A stretch of 64,000 nt of DNA from Azolla caroliniana (GCA_043228905.1 JBHGNT010000011.1:18352001-18416000); one strand, 5' to 3'. Shown: positions 1-13,458, numbered from the stretch's first letter. Numbers and translations: made by a program. Notes: generated from the sequence alone by a model not told the origin.

Positions 1-444
1 CAAACTTTAATGATATGGCCTTGGAAGCAAAGAAGAGAGTATAGTGGAGGACAATATGTATTATGCTTTCTAAGAGGAGATTTTCTTCCTAAATTTGATA
101 TTTGAAAATGAATAAAATGATGAATTTTTTAAATTTCTTCATGGCTAGTTGTACATTTGAGAGAGTAAACTGACAAAAAGAAAGGTAACATGTGCTGTGA
201 AACCCAGCTTTCTTCAGTACATTCTCATTCTCTCTGCATACCAGGTTTTAGATCTTTTTCTTAGTTTGTTGTACTTGTTGATAGAATAAATTACATTTGG
301 AAATTTGCAATATTAGAAGAGAAAACTAATTTTTTTGAAATGAGTTGTGGAGGAATGAGATGGATGAGACTTGATTTGAAATGGCCCTCATGATTGCTTA
401 ACTTAATAAAATGTAACCTTTTAATTTCAATGTTTTAAATGCGT

Positions 445-680
445 ATTGTAATTGTGAGTATGATTCAAACCGTGTTCAAGCGATTAGAAGTTCATAAATT
501 CCTGCAATAGGTGATTCATAAAGAGATAAAAGCCTATTACATTTGCACCACTTCTTTATGAAATCCTAAATTTATAATTGTGAGTATGATTCAAACCGTG
601 TTCAAGTGATTAGAAATCCATAAATTTCTGCAATAGGCGATTGATAAAGAGATAAACGCCTATTACATTTTCACCATTTA
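445..680. repeat. Imperfect tandem duplication, ~126 bp period
   Basis: ttgtgagtatgattcaaaccgtgttcaag...gcctattacattt..cacca occurs at ~452-550 and ~578-676. Confidence 0.9.
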
Positions 681-876
681 TTGTCCCCTTAAACCTTCTT
701 AAGAAATCCTAGATATGCAGTAAATTACAGCAATTCTAAATTATAGATTTGCTTGATTCTAGGCTTCCACTTGGATTGGTAGAAGTAAACACAGTGTATT
801 TCAACCCACTATGACCTTTATATGTAGCGATTTGCTGAAAAAAGGGCATAACGTGGTGTTATTGTAGGGCCTTACA

Positions 877-901
877 TGTGTGTGTGAGAGAGAGCGTTTC
901 A

Positions 902-934
<33 letters not shown>

Positions 935-967
935 CAAGCGTTTCAATATATATATATATATATATAT

Positions 968-998
<31 letters not shown>

Positions 999-1080
999 TA
1001 GATATCTGTGTGTGTGCGTGTGAGCATTTCAATATATATGTGTGTGTGTGTGAATAAATAATAGGTAGATAGATAGAATA
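877..1080. repeat. Compound microsatellite (TG/TA/GATA)n
   Basis: Directly visible di- and tetranucleotide runs. Confidence 0.95.
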
Positions 1081-2642
1081 TAATAGAACATATGTTTATT
1101 GTCCATGAGGAGCCCGATTTTGATCTATGGGAGTAAATCACGTATCATCTTGTATATGATTCCTTCGTAAGAAGAGGGGTTACTACTTTGTTGTAATAAC
1201 TCTCCCTGTGAAAATAATTCACAGACATATAACACTTCAATTATCATGTCTGTATAGTGAATCATCATACTTCTTGCTAATTACCTTATATGCTGAGCCT
1301 GCAAGAAGTAAGTGATATTCATCCTCCACTAGGTTTTCATTTCATACTTTGCATATCATCATACTTGGGTGATGATGCATGATGCTACCTCAACAAATAA
1401 CTTGTCTGAATGAGTTTGAAGGAGTGTTAAGGCTCTTTGAGAGCCAAGATTTATGGAGGTAGTAAGCTGCAGTTCGACATGTTCTGGCATTTTTATCTTG
1501 TATTGGGCCCAACATTGAGGGTTTATATTTGCAATGTAAAAAAATTTGACATTTTAGCATCTTGCCACTTTATCCTTTGTGCCTCCATTAATCTATCTTT
1601 GATGATCACATACTTCATAGCATCACTTGAGAGCGCAATTAGATCCTTTACTCCCTATCTTTAACCATTTCATAATGTCAAACAACCAGGTAGATGAGAG
1701 GATTTTTTTGTACCTTTCATCCTATGTTCCAAGCCTGTTCTGGCAATCTGTGATCGGGCATATTTGACCTTTGTAATTTACTTGTATACTCTTTGCATGG
1801 GTAGCACCTCTATGTGCTGAGCACCTGTTTCTAATAGCATGACAAGATAGGTTGTTGAGGATTTCACTCCCAATTTTCTACCTACGAACATTTTTTGAAT
1901 TTTCTCTATTTCATTCCACATACTAAGTGAGATACTACCTCTCTACACTTCTACTCCATTTAGCAACACTTGAACCACCATAGCATTGAATAACATCAAT
2001 GTCACTTCCCCTATTCGAGTATCAGTTTGGTTGCATTGCTTTTCACCCAATAACTATTCCAACCCGCTTGAAGTCGAGTCTAATTGGATATATTCCACCT
2101 ATTTGTCAATAGGACATTAATATCAAGATATTTGAAGCTTTGCACCACTTGTTTAGATTCTCCCTTTATGTAAAAGTCAGGTAGTGTCTTGGTTGTATTG
2201 CCATCATTTTTTGTTTTGTCTACGTTAACAGTTAGCCCACTGCTTTCACATAATGTTTCCTATATATCAAGTAAGCATTGTGTATCATCCAAAGGTAAAT
2301 AGATGCATGGATAGATAGATAGATCTGTATATATCCACACATACTTTCTTACAATCAATTTAGATGCAACTTTTAATCATTTACACATCAGCTTTTTGGG
2401 GGATAATTGTGCTTCTAGTAATAGAAATTGCACTTGTAGAGATTTACTGATCATGCACAATGCTTGAAAAAGTTCACTTAATACTTATTTGGATAATTCT
2501 AACCTGCCTTTTGAATGAGAAGATCATCATAATATGAGGCCATCCGTTTAGAGAAGATGGTAATTTACCTATTGTTCCCATTGCATCTGTAAACTACAGG
2601 AGAAAGGTTTTGTTGTGACCTTCAAGCAATTCACACATGCAG

Positions 2643-4214
2643 ATTCTCTCAAATCCAGAAAAGCGAGCAAAGTATGATGCACATCTTGAGGCATGCTCAA
2701 AAACAGGAGGAAAACAAACTCAAACCAGAGAAAAAGGCATAGAGATCAGGCGGAATGTAGGAGTGTCATTTAGAAATGAAGATGAAGATATAGTTGAATG
2801 GCTACGATGGTACAGGAACACGGCCATGAGAATTCTATGTGAGGATCCAATTGGAACTTGCAATGATTTCCATGATGAATTTAAAGCAACTATGCAAGAA
2901 GCATTAAGACGATGCTATTTTGGTCCAGATGTTGGTACCGCTTTAGTTCCGAATTGTTTTGAGGCTGAGGAAAGGGCTGAAGTTACAGACGCAGAAGTTC
3001 TACATTTAGTATCTGGTCACAATCTATTCGGTATTGTAGTGCAGAAGAATGAGAGACCACTCATAAAAAGAACATCGAAACCTATTATGCTTGATCAGTC
3101 CCACTGTAATCGAAGTTGTCAGCCATCTTTAGCAAGGACCAGTAGCACAATATCTCAAAATACAGAGAAAGTGGGTGGAAACCTTGTAGAAAGAGGAATT
3201 TCCGAGTATAATGACCAGAGTGGATTAGTAGAATTGGAGCTATACTTGCATGGGAATTTAGTTGCTAGAGCAACAAGAGAACGCTCTAGGGACATCTTGA
3301 GTCATCATGGCAAAAGAAATGATGAAATTTCAGTTTATTTATGTCTTGATCAATTTGCAGAGAATCAGGGATTCAAATCTAGCAAGACCCACGTGGACTT
3401 GCTTCTTGGAACTATAGTTGGTCTCAACACTACTGAAAGTGGAGGTAAAGGCAAAGTCTACTCTGCTGAGGGTGAACAAACACATATAATCTGGCAATTC
3501 AGGACACCTTGGGTATGGTGACATTGTATGCCATATAAATTTCTCTTTCCATTTTTTATCATATAATTCAATTTAACTTAGAATCTCTTGATTGATTGTG
3601 TGCATATGCCAGGTTAAACACTTGCACTGGTTCAAGATCAATGGTAAACAAATGCTTTGTGAATGTAGGTCTAGTCGTGCACGTTTGCCTCCAAGCAAGT
3701 ATGCTTACACCCTTGATACTGATAAGGCATCTATGGTGCTCATCATCATGTTTTTACTAAACTCTTCATTTAGTAAATTGTATCAGATTTTGGATCTTTC
3801 AAGCCCGGTCTCGAAAGCATAATATTGGAGGCTGGTATATAGAAACTATTTGGCGTAATGCATCAGCTGAAGAAGTAAACTCTACTGATTGGGCAGGCAA
3901 ACACTTGGGTTTGTAAGTTCATTGTTTTCAATTCAAAATTTCGTTGCATATTCATTAGCTGACTGAATGTGTGTATAAAGAAAATTGGCATGGAAGCAAA
4001 CAAATTCTTTATTTAGGGCAAAAAGAGTGATGTCAAATTTTGTTGTGGTTACAGGCTTCACCCTGCAATGTACATATTTGGCACAGCTTACAAGACTCTA
4101 GACACAGAGGTGATGAATAGAGGGAAGAATTCATTGTGGTCTAGAGTTTTTGAAAAACAAACCCTAATTACAGTGGCTTCTAAGGTGTTCAAGTGGTTTA
4201 AAGCTTCCATCTAA
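2643..4214 (+). CDS. DnaJ (J-domain) protein, 3' part; exons 2643-3512, 3613-3698, 3787-3912, 4055-4214; HPD-containing 5' exon(s) not found, probably upstream of the window
   Basis: The exon after catgcag begins ILSNPEKRAKYD, the typical end of a J-domain (YxxLSDPxKRxxYD). Canonical GT-AG introns join in frame (870+86+126+160 nt = 414 codons) through VKHLHWF, FWIFQARSRKHNIGGWYIET and LHPAMYIFGTAYKTLD to TAA at 4212-4214. Confidence 0.85.
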
Positions 4215-4615
4215 ATTGGTGAATGTACCATAAAAAATTTCTTCCCTACTCAGCAGTATCAAATTTCATATCATAACACTATCTTTGCGTGAAGGGTTTA
4301 ATATGATTTGGTGCTTACAGCATTGAATTTGCTCAATTTTTTAATTTGAAACAGTCTTGGCAACTATGTCTATGGTAATAGAATGTGTACAGTGGCTTCT
4401 AAGGTGTTCCAAGTGGTTTAAAGCTTCCATCTAAATTGGTGAATGTACCATAAAATATCTCTTCCCTACTCTCAGCAGTATCAAATTTCATATCATAACA
4501 CTATCTTTGCGTGAAGGGGTTAATATGATTTGGTGCTTACAGCATTGAATTTGCTCAATTTTTTAATTTGAAACAGTCTTGGCAACTATGTCTATGGTAA
4601 TAGAATGTGTACAGT
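4169..4615. repeat. ~220 bp tandem duplication spanning the DnaJ stop codon and 3' UTR
   Basis: Two near-identical copies bounded by tacagt at 4169, 4388 and 4610. Confidence 0.95.
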
Positions 4616-7600
4616 TGTGTAATAACCATTGTAAAAAATGCAGAGATCTTAGACTAACTCTCACACAGCAAGATCACTTAGAAGACTAAAGGATAAATCA
4701 CTAGATTAGGAAAAACGAGCTATGATTACAAAGATGTAGAATGATTTATATAACCAGTATCTACAAGTAGGTGAAAACCCAATGGTCACTTGATTAGGTT
4801 CACACTATTATAACTATGTTCACACCAGATGGCTCCTTGAATTTGCATTGTGGTAGTTGGTCTTCTACTCTCCACTTCTATACTCATATACACAATCCCC
4901 TAGAACTTCCGAGGGGCATTGGGTTTGGCAACGGTGAAGTAGTATTGTCTCTACCGTAGACTGAAGTACCGAAGCACATTGCATTACTTCATTCACACAC
5001 CGCCATTGTGGAGATAAAAGAAAATAGGCCACTCATGACAAACATATGAAAGGTTAGTTCCATTATATGTGAAATCCCCATATGTGATCACATGCCCATA
5101 TACATGTTATTGGATCGTTGCCCCATAATTTTCTTGGATATGATGAGGAACCAAGTAAAATATGTACTCAACATAGATGAGATCATACACTAAGAAGCAA
5201 GCAAAGATATTATAAAAATTATGAATGTTGGTGTATACATTCTCACATGTTTGCAACATATATGCTCTTTATCTCCATATATGTGGATCAACTGAGAGAG
5301 ACAAAGATATGAATGCAAAAACCAAGACATTATCAAGAAGAGAGGACACGGAGACAATTATGTGAATAGAGAAATGTTTGGGTTCTATAACTAAAACCTA
5401 AGGCTAGGTGTTGAAGCCCTTTATTGATTGATGACTTTTGTGTGTGATTCATTTTCGGAACATGTATTAATTTTGTGGATGGTGGATGTGTGGATTCCAT
5501 GTGGATTTGTTTTATTTTAATACAAATTCGTCTAATCTAGACAAAATCAAGCAAGTATAATTTGGTTTTATGTCCTTTTGTTACATGCATTGAATTTAGA
5601 ATGGCTTGATGCCAACAACTCACGAATAAGAATGTTATGAAAATTGTAATATTGTATTTTTTACATTTCAGATAATTATGGTATAGTTTAGGGAATACCA
5701 TGATTTCAAATACTTTGTGGCTCTAGCCTTTATTATCACGCATTCATCGACACACGATCTAAAGCAATTTGCAATATTGATGAGTTGTCTCTGGATCAAG
5801 ACTTCAAATTTGAAACGCAAGCGAAAGTCACCCATGAAACTTTTGCAATAAAGCATGGATCGTCAAGGTTTGACATGAAGCTTTGTCTTCAATCATGAGG
5901 TTTAAATTTTTAATATGATTTCTTTTGTCTTTAGTTTTCGCAACCGCGAGCATTACCTTCAAAAAAGCTTGGGGTGTCATTCCAAACTCAAAGGGAGTTT
6001 TACAAACTTTTGTGTAACTTCCTAGAAATACAATTCAAATAGCATAATTTTTTCCCGTGCACTTGTTTCCAACCATGATAGGGATCTAAATAAATCCAAA
6101 AGACACATTATTAATTTATGAATTTAACCATTAACGAAAGCCTCTCCCTAGAATAAAAAAATATTATTTTAAGAGTAAAAAACTAGAACGCTCCAATTAA
6201 GCAAGGAAACATTAAATCCGCTCCTATATGGCGTGCTTCACTTGCAAATTCAAGATAGATACAATGATGAGATAATAATGAAAAAGTGTGCAAGAAAAGA
6301 ATATCTATGGGGGTACAAATTCGGAGTCTAAGATAGATGGTAAATTGAGAGTCAGTATCCTTATGGTATCCAGATAAAGAACAAGTATGAGAGAGATAGT
6401 CATTTTCGAGAATATACACGTGGTTGATTGAAGAAACATGGTGGAAGAAGAGTGGGCAATGAAAAGTGGAAAACAATTCTACCACATCAATTTAAAAAGT
6501 GGCATGTTGGCGTCCCTTTAGAAAAGCAATAATTGGCAAAAGAGTTCCTTTAAATCTTAGATAGAGGCCGAACTTTGAAAGCCACAACATAGATCCAACG
6601 TTGAGGAAGAGGAAAAAGGAGATCTTGGGGAATGTAGCAAATAATAAAACTGTGCTCAGCAAAAAGAAAGACGAGAACCTCAAGTTGTTGTAATTTGTGA
6701 TGGCCATTGGCAATGCTCTAAAAACCTAACCACATTGGAAGGTCGTGATTCTTGAGCGGGTTTCATTCGTTGAATTTAGATTGCTTTTATTCTCAACCAT
6801 GTAGAGGTATCGATACGAGTTGATATTCGATTTTAGATTGCTTTTATAATAGTGGCCATTGACCGAAACAACAAAAGCTATTAAAATGGATGTCCTCATA
6901 ATCACTATAAATCTCATTAAACATATTTTAAAGGTTTGCCTATAAAATCGAGGTTTTCTTTTATGCGTGGAAAGGAAAGTTAGGTCGATTCATAAAGAAA
7001 ACTTTCTTGGAGACCCTGCCGATGTTAGCAACTTAGCAAGTTGAGAATGCAGAGCCATGTGCATGTGGGAATGACACCATAGAGGCTAAAAATAAAGGCT
7101 ACGCTCGCTCTGTTGCCATCCATCCAGTTTCAACGTTTCATAAAACAAAAAAGATGTTGACATCAACATTGCTATTACTAATAATAATATGTACATGATA
7201 ATGTTAGGACAAGAATTACATAATTACTGTAACAAAAGGCAACTAGTCACCCAAGTATAATAATAATAATAGTAACAAGAACTGTAGATAATCCCAATTG
7301 CTCGAAAAGGGGAGGGTTCAATATTTAATTAAAGCAGTTTAGTAGGGATACTAATTAACTAATCAAGAGGGACAATTTGTCGAGTGACATGCAAGTAGTT
7401 AAGTAATCGACAATAATGATTAACGTTTTCTATCAAGATACCAAATGAAAACGAAGGATTGGGATGACATTGTGGGATCAGATCAAAATTGTACCATCAT
7501 TGTATACGGCAGGCAACACGATTACATGTGCACCTACTGTAACAACATGCACTGCGGCAATATATACAACGCGGACGACAACGGCGAGGTCACAAAAGTG

Positions 7601-7679
7601 CAATCACTTAGTCAGTTCGTCCATTTGTCGACCACAGAGGAGGAAGGAGCGGGTAAAATAGGCTTTTAAGAGGCACAGA

Positions 7680-7921
7680 GGACACGCGCATGCGTGCACA
7701 GACATAGACACAGACACAGACAGGCAGAGAGATAGAGGTAGAGGGTAATTAGAGGCTAAACAGGAGGGAGAGAGAGTCTCTAAGAAGAACTAAGATTTGA
7801 TGAGGTAGGAAAGAAGGAAGGAAGGAAGGCCTATTTATATAATTAAAGGAAACTTTAGCCATTTTCCACTCAAATCCCAAACAGAGACATAGACAGAGAC
7901 AGAGAGAGAGAGAGAGAGAGA

Positions 7922-7956
<35 letters not shown>

Positions 7957-8060
7957 GCAGTCTTTTTCCATTTCAGAAAGACGCCTCCTTAGCCGGAGCT
8001 TCAGGTTCGCTTTCAGTCTCTCTCTCTCTCTCTGTCTCACTCTTTTTGGCTTTCTCTCTG
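7680..8060. repeat. (GA)n/(CA)n/(CT)n microsatellites in the promoter/5' UTR of the PLP-enzyme gene
   Basis: Visible runs at ~7885-7952 and ~8018-8035. GA-repeat-rich promoters are common in plants. Confidence 0.85.
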
Positions 8061-8308
8061 TCATCATCACTTTCTTTGCTATTACTTTCATGTGTCCTTC
8101 CCCTGATCTTACTTTTGAAAGATCCCTATTTCTGTTTCTGGGCCTCTTTCCTTTTTTTGCAGAGATCTCTAAAAACTGATGAGATTCTTCTTCTTCTTCT
8201 TCTTTTGCTTCTCATTTTTCCCTTTGTTTGTATCTGTGGCAATTCGGAAGAAGAAAGAAAAGTAAGCTCCTGTTCTCATATTAACCCCTTTATATTTAAA
8301 ATTAGACC

Positions 8309-10882
8309 ATGCCTTCTCTTCATACTCTGTTGCAAAAGGCCCAAGCGGCAGAGATAGCAAACAACAAAGGCAAAAAGAAGAGGAAAGAAGAAACCTTAAA
8401 TGAAGAAGAGGAAGAAGAAGAAGAAGGAGAAGAAGAAGAAACCTTAAATGAAGAATTAGAGGAAACCCTAAGTGAAGGAGAAACAATCCTCGCTGTTGAA
8501 GAAATAACCCTAGATGAAGAAAATGTACGGAAGAAGAAGCCAATAGATGTAGATGTTGTGAAGAACAGCCATCGTGAATATAGGAACAAGTCCTCAGTTT
8601 CCACATCAACGAATTCTTCTTGTTATTCAAGTCGAATATTTAAACAAGGCACGATTCACAATGCCCGTCAAGAGTTTCATAGAGCCATGGCTATAACGGA
8701 AGGAAAGCTAAAAGTTTACACCAATCATGAAAGCTTACCAAACTATGAGACCTCATTACTTCAATTCCATGAAATGTGCCCGAGATTCTCGGAGACCATA
8801 TCTATGGATACACTTCGATCCACGGAATATTCCCATCTACAAGAATCTGGCCGAATTTGCCTCGATTATTGTGGTTTCGGACTCTTCTCTTATAAGCAAC
8901 AAATACAAGAATGGGAATCTTCATCATTCAGCCTCTCAAGAATCACACCGAACCTTTGTGCACATGCCCTCTATGGCAATGCTCAAGCAGGTGCCTTAGA
9001 GAGGGGAATCTATCGGAGAATCATGAGCTATCTCAAGATCAATGAAGATGAGTACAGAATGGTGTTCACCGCAAGTAGAGGGGCTTCTTTTAAGCTTCTA
9101 GCTGATGCTTATCCTTTTCAAAAATGCAACCGGTTAGTTACTATGTACGATTACGAGAGTGAGTCTGTTGGAATGATGGTTCAGCAAGCCAAGGAGAAAG
9201 GTGTGAAAGCGTCCAATGCAACTTTCAAATGGCCATCTCTCCATGTGGATTCAACCAAGCTCAAAAACACTCTCCGTGAGAGAGGAAGCCGATGTAGAGG
9301 CTCTGCAAAAGGTCTCTTTGTTTTTCCAGGGCAATCTCGGTTATCGGGAGTAAAGTATTCTTATCAATGGATGTCATTAGCTCAGAAAAACAAATGGCAT
9401 GTGCTTCTTGATGCCTCAGCTATAGGCCCGAAAGACATGGACTCTCTAGCGCTTTCTTTGTTTAGTCCAGATTTCATCATTGCATCATTCTATAAGGTCT
9501 TTGCTACTGATCCATCAGGATTTGGGTGCCTTTTTATAAAAAATACTGCCATTCCAATCATACAAGATGCATCTGGTACACTTGCATTATCGGGAATTGT
9601 TAGGCTTGTTCCAGCTCTGAATCAATGGTCTGGTAGCCTATCATCTGATGATGAAAATGATGAAGGAAATGAATTCGAAGAAGCGGAAGATATGATTGTT
9701 CTCAGGGAAAATATTGATATTGTTAATGAAGTAGCTTCATTTTCAGGTCCAATGGTAGGTTCTAAAAACCACTCTTCATATAGGTTACCTCGGATTGAAA
9801 GGGTTACAGAAGAAAATGACGATGATGATGGTGACGATGAAAGCTTTGGGTTTGGTTCAGGTGGGGAAGAAATAACCGGCCGGGCATCCATATCTGAAGA
9901 ACCTTTTAGTGGGCCTATTAGTGAGTCCTTTAGTGGGCTGATCAGCAATCATGTTTATGATGGTGGCACTAATCATCATCCTGCTGGCTCATTCACACTT
10001 GATTCACATGGTATCAGCAAGTCTGCAAATGTAGGAACTGCACATATTGAACGTGTGAATGATCCTGAAGGCAAAGAGGAGCTTGAATCTAGGAAAAAGT
10101 TGAATCTGAGCCAGAGTGCAATTCGTCGGGAAACCGAAGGGGATTTCCGGCTTTTAGGCCGTCGGAATGGAGAGGGTCTTATTGGTCCCAGTTTATCTCC
10201 GATCCTACAAGGGTCTGAGGATATGGAATATGGAGGGAGAACGTCCTTTATGAGTGCTGAGAATTCGATAGGGTTAGATTATGACGATGAGGATGGAGAA
10301 AGGGACGAAGATGAGGAGCCAAATGTGATTTGTCGAAGCCTTGACCATGCCGATATGCTAGGATTAAACAAGGCTACTCTGCGACTTCGCTATCTGATTA
10401 ATTGGTCTGTGAGGTCTTTGCTCCAGCTCCATCACCCTGGACCCCGCGACAATCTTGCACTTGTCCATCTTTATGGACCCCATGTGAGGTTTGAAAGGGG
10501 TGCATCTATTGCTTTCAATCTATATGATTGTCATGGTAAATTGCTTCATCCTGAGCTAGTGCAAAAGCTCGCCGACAAGAATAATATATCTTTGAGCATA
10601 GGTTTCCTTCGGAATATGAAGTTTGGGGATCTGAAGGCTGCAGAGATCCAAGATTTGTTGGTTAGTGAAAAGAATGTAAATTCAGCGAGTAAGAGGGGAA
10701 AACAAGGTAAAAAGGTGTTGAGAATTGAAGTGCTAACTGCTGCTTTGAGTATCTTATCACATTTCGAAGATGTATATCGGCTATGGATGTTTGTGGCTAG
10801 GTTCCTAGATGCAGATTTTGTGTCCAAGGAACTTGGTAGTCATCGGCTTCTCTGTGAAGAGGATGTTCTTACGGAAGTGTAG
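8309..10882 (+). CDS. PLP-dependent transferase (aminotransferase class V fold), molybdenum cofactor sulfurase-like, no MOSC domain; single coding exon, 857 aa
   Basis: Motifs CLDYCGFGLFS, KGLFVFP, YSYQWM, WHVLLDA..GPKDMDSLALSLFSPDFIIASFYKVF..DPSGFGCL, LDHADMLGL..T.RLRYLINW and FEDVYRLW.FVARFLDADFV are characteristic of the plant Moco-sulfurase-like family. Acidic low-complexity N-terminus and central insert. Confidence 0.93.
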   Translation: MPSLHTLLQKAQAAEIANNKGKKKRKEETLNEEEEEEEEGEEEETLNEELEETLSEGETILAVEEITLDEENVRKKKPIDVDVVKNSHREYRNKSSVSTSTNSSCYSSRIFKQGTIHNARQEFHRAMAITEGKLKVYTNHESLPNYETSLLQFHEMCPRFSETISMDTLRSTEYSHLQESGRICLDYCGFGLFSYKQQIQEWESSSFSLSRITPNLCAHALYGNAQAGALERGIYRRIMSYLKINEDEYRMVFTASRGASFKLLADAYPFQKCNRLVTMYDYESESVGMMVQQAKEKGVKASNATFKWPSLHVDSTKLKNTLRERGSRCRGSAKGLFVFPGQSRLSGVKYSYQWMSLAQKNKWHVLLDASAIGPKDMDSLALSLFSPDFIIASFYKVFATDPSGFGCLFIKNTAIPIIQDASGTLALSGIVRLVPALNQWSGSLSSDDENDEGNEFEEAEDMIVLRENIDIVNEVASFSGPMVGSKNHSSYRLPRIERVTEENDDDDGDDESFGFGSGGEEITGRASISEEPFSGPISESFSGLISNHVYDGGTNHHPAGSFTLDSHGISKSANVGTAHIERVNDPEGKEELESRKKLNLSQSAIRRETEGDFRLLGRRNGEGLIGPSLSPILQGSEDMEYGGRTSFMSAENSIGLDYDDEDGERDEDEEPNVICRSLDHADMLGLNKATLRLRYLINWSVRSLLQLHHPGPRDNLALVHLYGPHVRFERGASIAFNLYDCHGKLLHPELVQKLADKNNISLSIGFLRNMKFGDLKAAEIQDLLVSEKNVNSASKRGKQGKKVLRIEVLTAALSILSHFEDVYRLWMFVARFLDADFVSKELGSHRLLCEEDVLTEV

Positions 10883-13057
10883 GGGATGGTAAGTTATTTT
10901 TGCACATCCGAACAAAACAAAGCCAAAACGTCCTCATGTAAAGCTCATCAGATGCATGGTAAACATGCGTGCAAGTTTTTGTTGTAAACCTCATTACATA
11001 CATGTTAAAATGCACACCAATCCTTGATTTTTGGAGGCAAAAAACTGCATGCGAACAAGAATATAGCGTGGCCTTTAAAATATGTATTACGAGAGATAGG
11101 AAGAGGTTCAAAAGGAGTATATTTTGTTTTTACCCAAAATCATGATTGTTGGCATATATAAACTTACAAGCTCTTCTCCTCCCACTTGATAGACAAGGCA
11201 GATTATACAGATTGAAGTTGTGGAATCTCCAATTTTTCCAGTCTTATGTTCAGCTTTCTCCCTCGAAGCAACTTCGTAGAACTGCATGGGAAACAAGTGA
11301 AAAGATTCAAAACCCAAAAGGCAAATTTTGGGTTTTTATAAAAATAAACTATAAAGAGGTGGTTTTAAAATGGGATGCTTCAGATTTGCTTTATGATGTG
11401 TCAACAGAAAATCCTACATGAATAAGGCTTTTAAGAATTGGCAATGTATCATAGCTTAGGAAAGATTTGTAGGCTCACATCATTACAGATATATTACATC
11501 AGCACACAAGACCATCTTTTCCTTTGAATTGTGAAACTGCATTCATCAATCCATGCTAGAAGGCAATCCTCTGTTTGTGATTCTTACCACTGTTGCCATA
11601 TGACTTAGTTCAAATTATCTTCAATTTTAGGATGAGGCATTGGGGTAGATGTGAGGAGACTCATTGACTATAAGTATTGTGACATGAACAAGTTTAGAAG
11701 TCAAAAGTATCACAAATTGTTACATGAACAAGTTTTGGGAGTCAAAAGTATCTCAATTTGTTACAATGGCATCACAATGGACCACGTTTGAGTAAATTTT
11801 CCATACATTGTTAATCCAATCCACACCCTATGTCTATTGTAACACAATTGCAATGTGCACCAATTGCATTGTTCATTGATAAACTTTTTGAATATTAACA
11901 GTCACAACGCAATCTCACAAGTATGATGTAAAAGTGTAACTTTGGTCTAATAGGTCGCATTTGACCGTTATTGATGATAATAAAATTGATCTCTTCTATC
12001 TCTCTTTGCAATAGGAATCACATGTATATTAACAGACCAAGGTGTGGATGCCACAAACTTTGGCCATCATATGCTCAAACTTGGGTGTAGGCACGCACCG
12101 GATGATCATTTATAATGGTTTAACAAAGTGGCAGGCTAGGAAGGTAGAGTCGGGTCTATGCCACAAAATAGTAGAGTCAGGTCTATGATGAAGATTGCAA
12201 TGAATTATATAGACAACTTAAAGTATCCCGACTTAGTGGTACTATTACCTCAGTACAAGGTCGCAAAGAAATGTGAAAGATGACACGTCGTAAGAGATGA
12301 TGAGCGTGGGAGGCATCTTTATATTGGGAACTCTCCTATATGTTCATGAATAACGATTGCACCATTACATGGAGGAGATTATGAGAACCAAGGCCACAAA
12401 TACCCATCGAGGATCCTAACTCCTGGCACACATATACAAAGAAACTCTACCATGTCCAGAACCAACCACCATTCCTATGCCCTCTACACCTCAACCCTAA
12501 ATGGCGTACCAACCCATGGTTGCCCTTTGGTTTGTATAGGTAAGGATCTTAATGTGTTCAACATATTTTAACTTTAGACTATGTATTTTAAGTACTTTTT
12601 CAGATTAAAATAGAATACTTTTAAAATACTTAGCATACATATTCTACATGTATTGTATGCTAAGTATTTTACAACTGTGTGAGGTTTGTAGAAAATTAAA
12701 AGAATTGTTTGCCAAAGCTTGCATTGCTAGTTATATCACACGCCTCTTCTCTCTTGCTATACACTTATTGCAAAAACTTCACCAAAAGTTGTGTCATGAA
12801 AGAATTAAAGTGAGTTTGAAGCAACAAAGAAGAGTTAATGCAAAATTAATGATTTCGACAACCAAAAAGAGATCATTGTGTTGGCTTAAGGAGTTCTCAC
12901 CAAATGCCCATCTTTGCATTTGGTAGAGTTATGCATCCATGCCAATATCCTTTACTAAGGGTTTAGACAACCGTATGTACCCTATTCATGGCGAGCTAGA
13001 TGGAAGTTGTTAGTCACTCTTGAGCTGCTAACTTCACTTACATTAACTTAGTAGCCT

Positions 13058-13446
13058 TGTTGAGCAGACAAACTCAACCGGATCTGGATCGGTATCCGGA
13101 ACCAAGAGTCAGATTAGAGAGCCAGATCGGATTGTAACCGGTACGCCGTTAGAGGCCTATGAATCTAGCCTAGTACGTAGGCATATTTTTGGGAGTCAGT
13201 GTCAGTCGCGCGTATGAGCCTTGAAGTACTTGTCAATACTTCTGTCAATCCGTATAAGCACTTGTATAAAAGTGTTCACTAAGCACATCCTATGTACAGA
13301 GTGTTATTATTTTGTTATGCTTTCTACTCTCTCTGTCTCTCTTGTGTATTCTCTGTTCCTAAGCTTCCATTAAACCTTTATTCTCTGTTTCCTATTGCTA
13401 TCCGGATAAAGCGGTTTGTCAAAGCTTCCGCAGATTAACTTTGACA
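13058..13446 (+). repeat. 5' LTR of the copia element (left edge approximate)
   Basis: Starts TGTTGA and ends TTGACA immediately before the PBS. TATAA motifs at ~13253 and ~13265. No second copy in the window to confirm the left boundary. Confidence 0.65.
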
Positions 13447-13458
13447 TGGTATCAGAGC
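13447..13458 (+). promoter_or_regulatory. Primer binding site for initiator tRNA-Met
   Basis: TGGTATCAGAGC directly after the LTR-terminal CA, the canonical plant tRNAiMet PBS. Confidence 0.95.

Noticed and set aside
7445-7669. Small Cys-containing ORF (CTYCNNMHC)
   Set aside because: No recognisable family, signal peptide or splice support. Probably promoter-region sequence.
7749-8630. Short ORFs around the PLP gene start, including a 29-codon ATG ORF at 8090
   Set aside because: Microsatellite or antisense shadows. The 8090 ATG probably lies in a 5' UTR intron (GT ~8005, AG 8161-8162), which is unverified.
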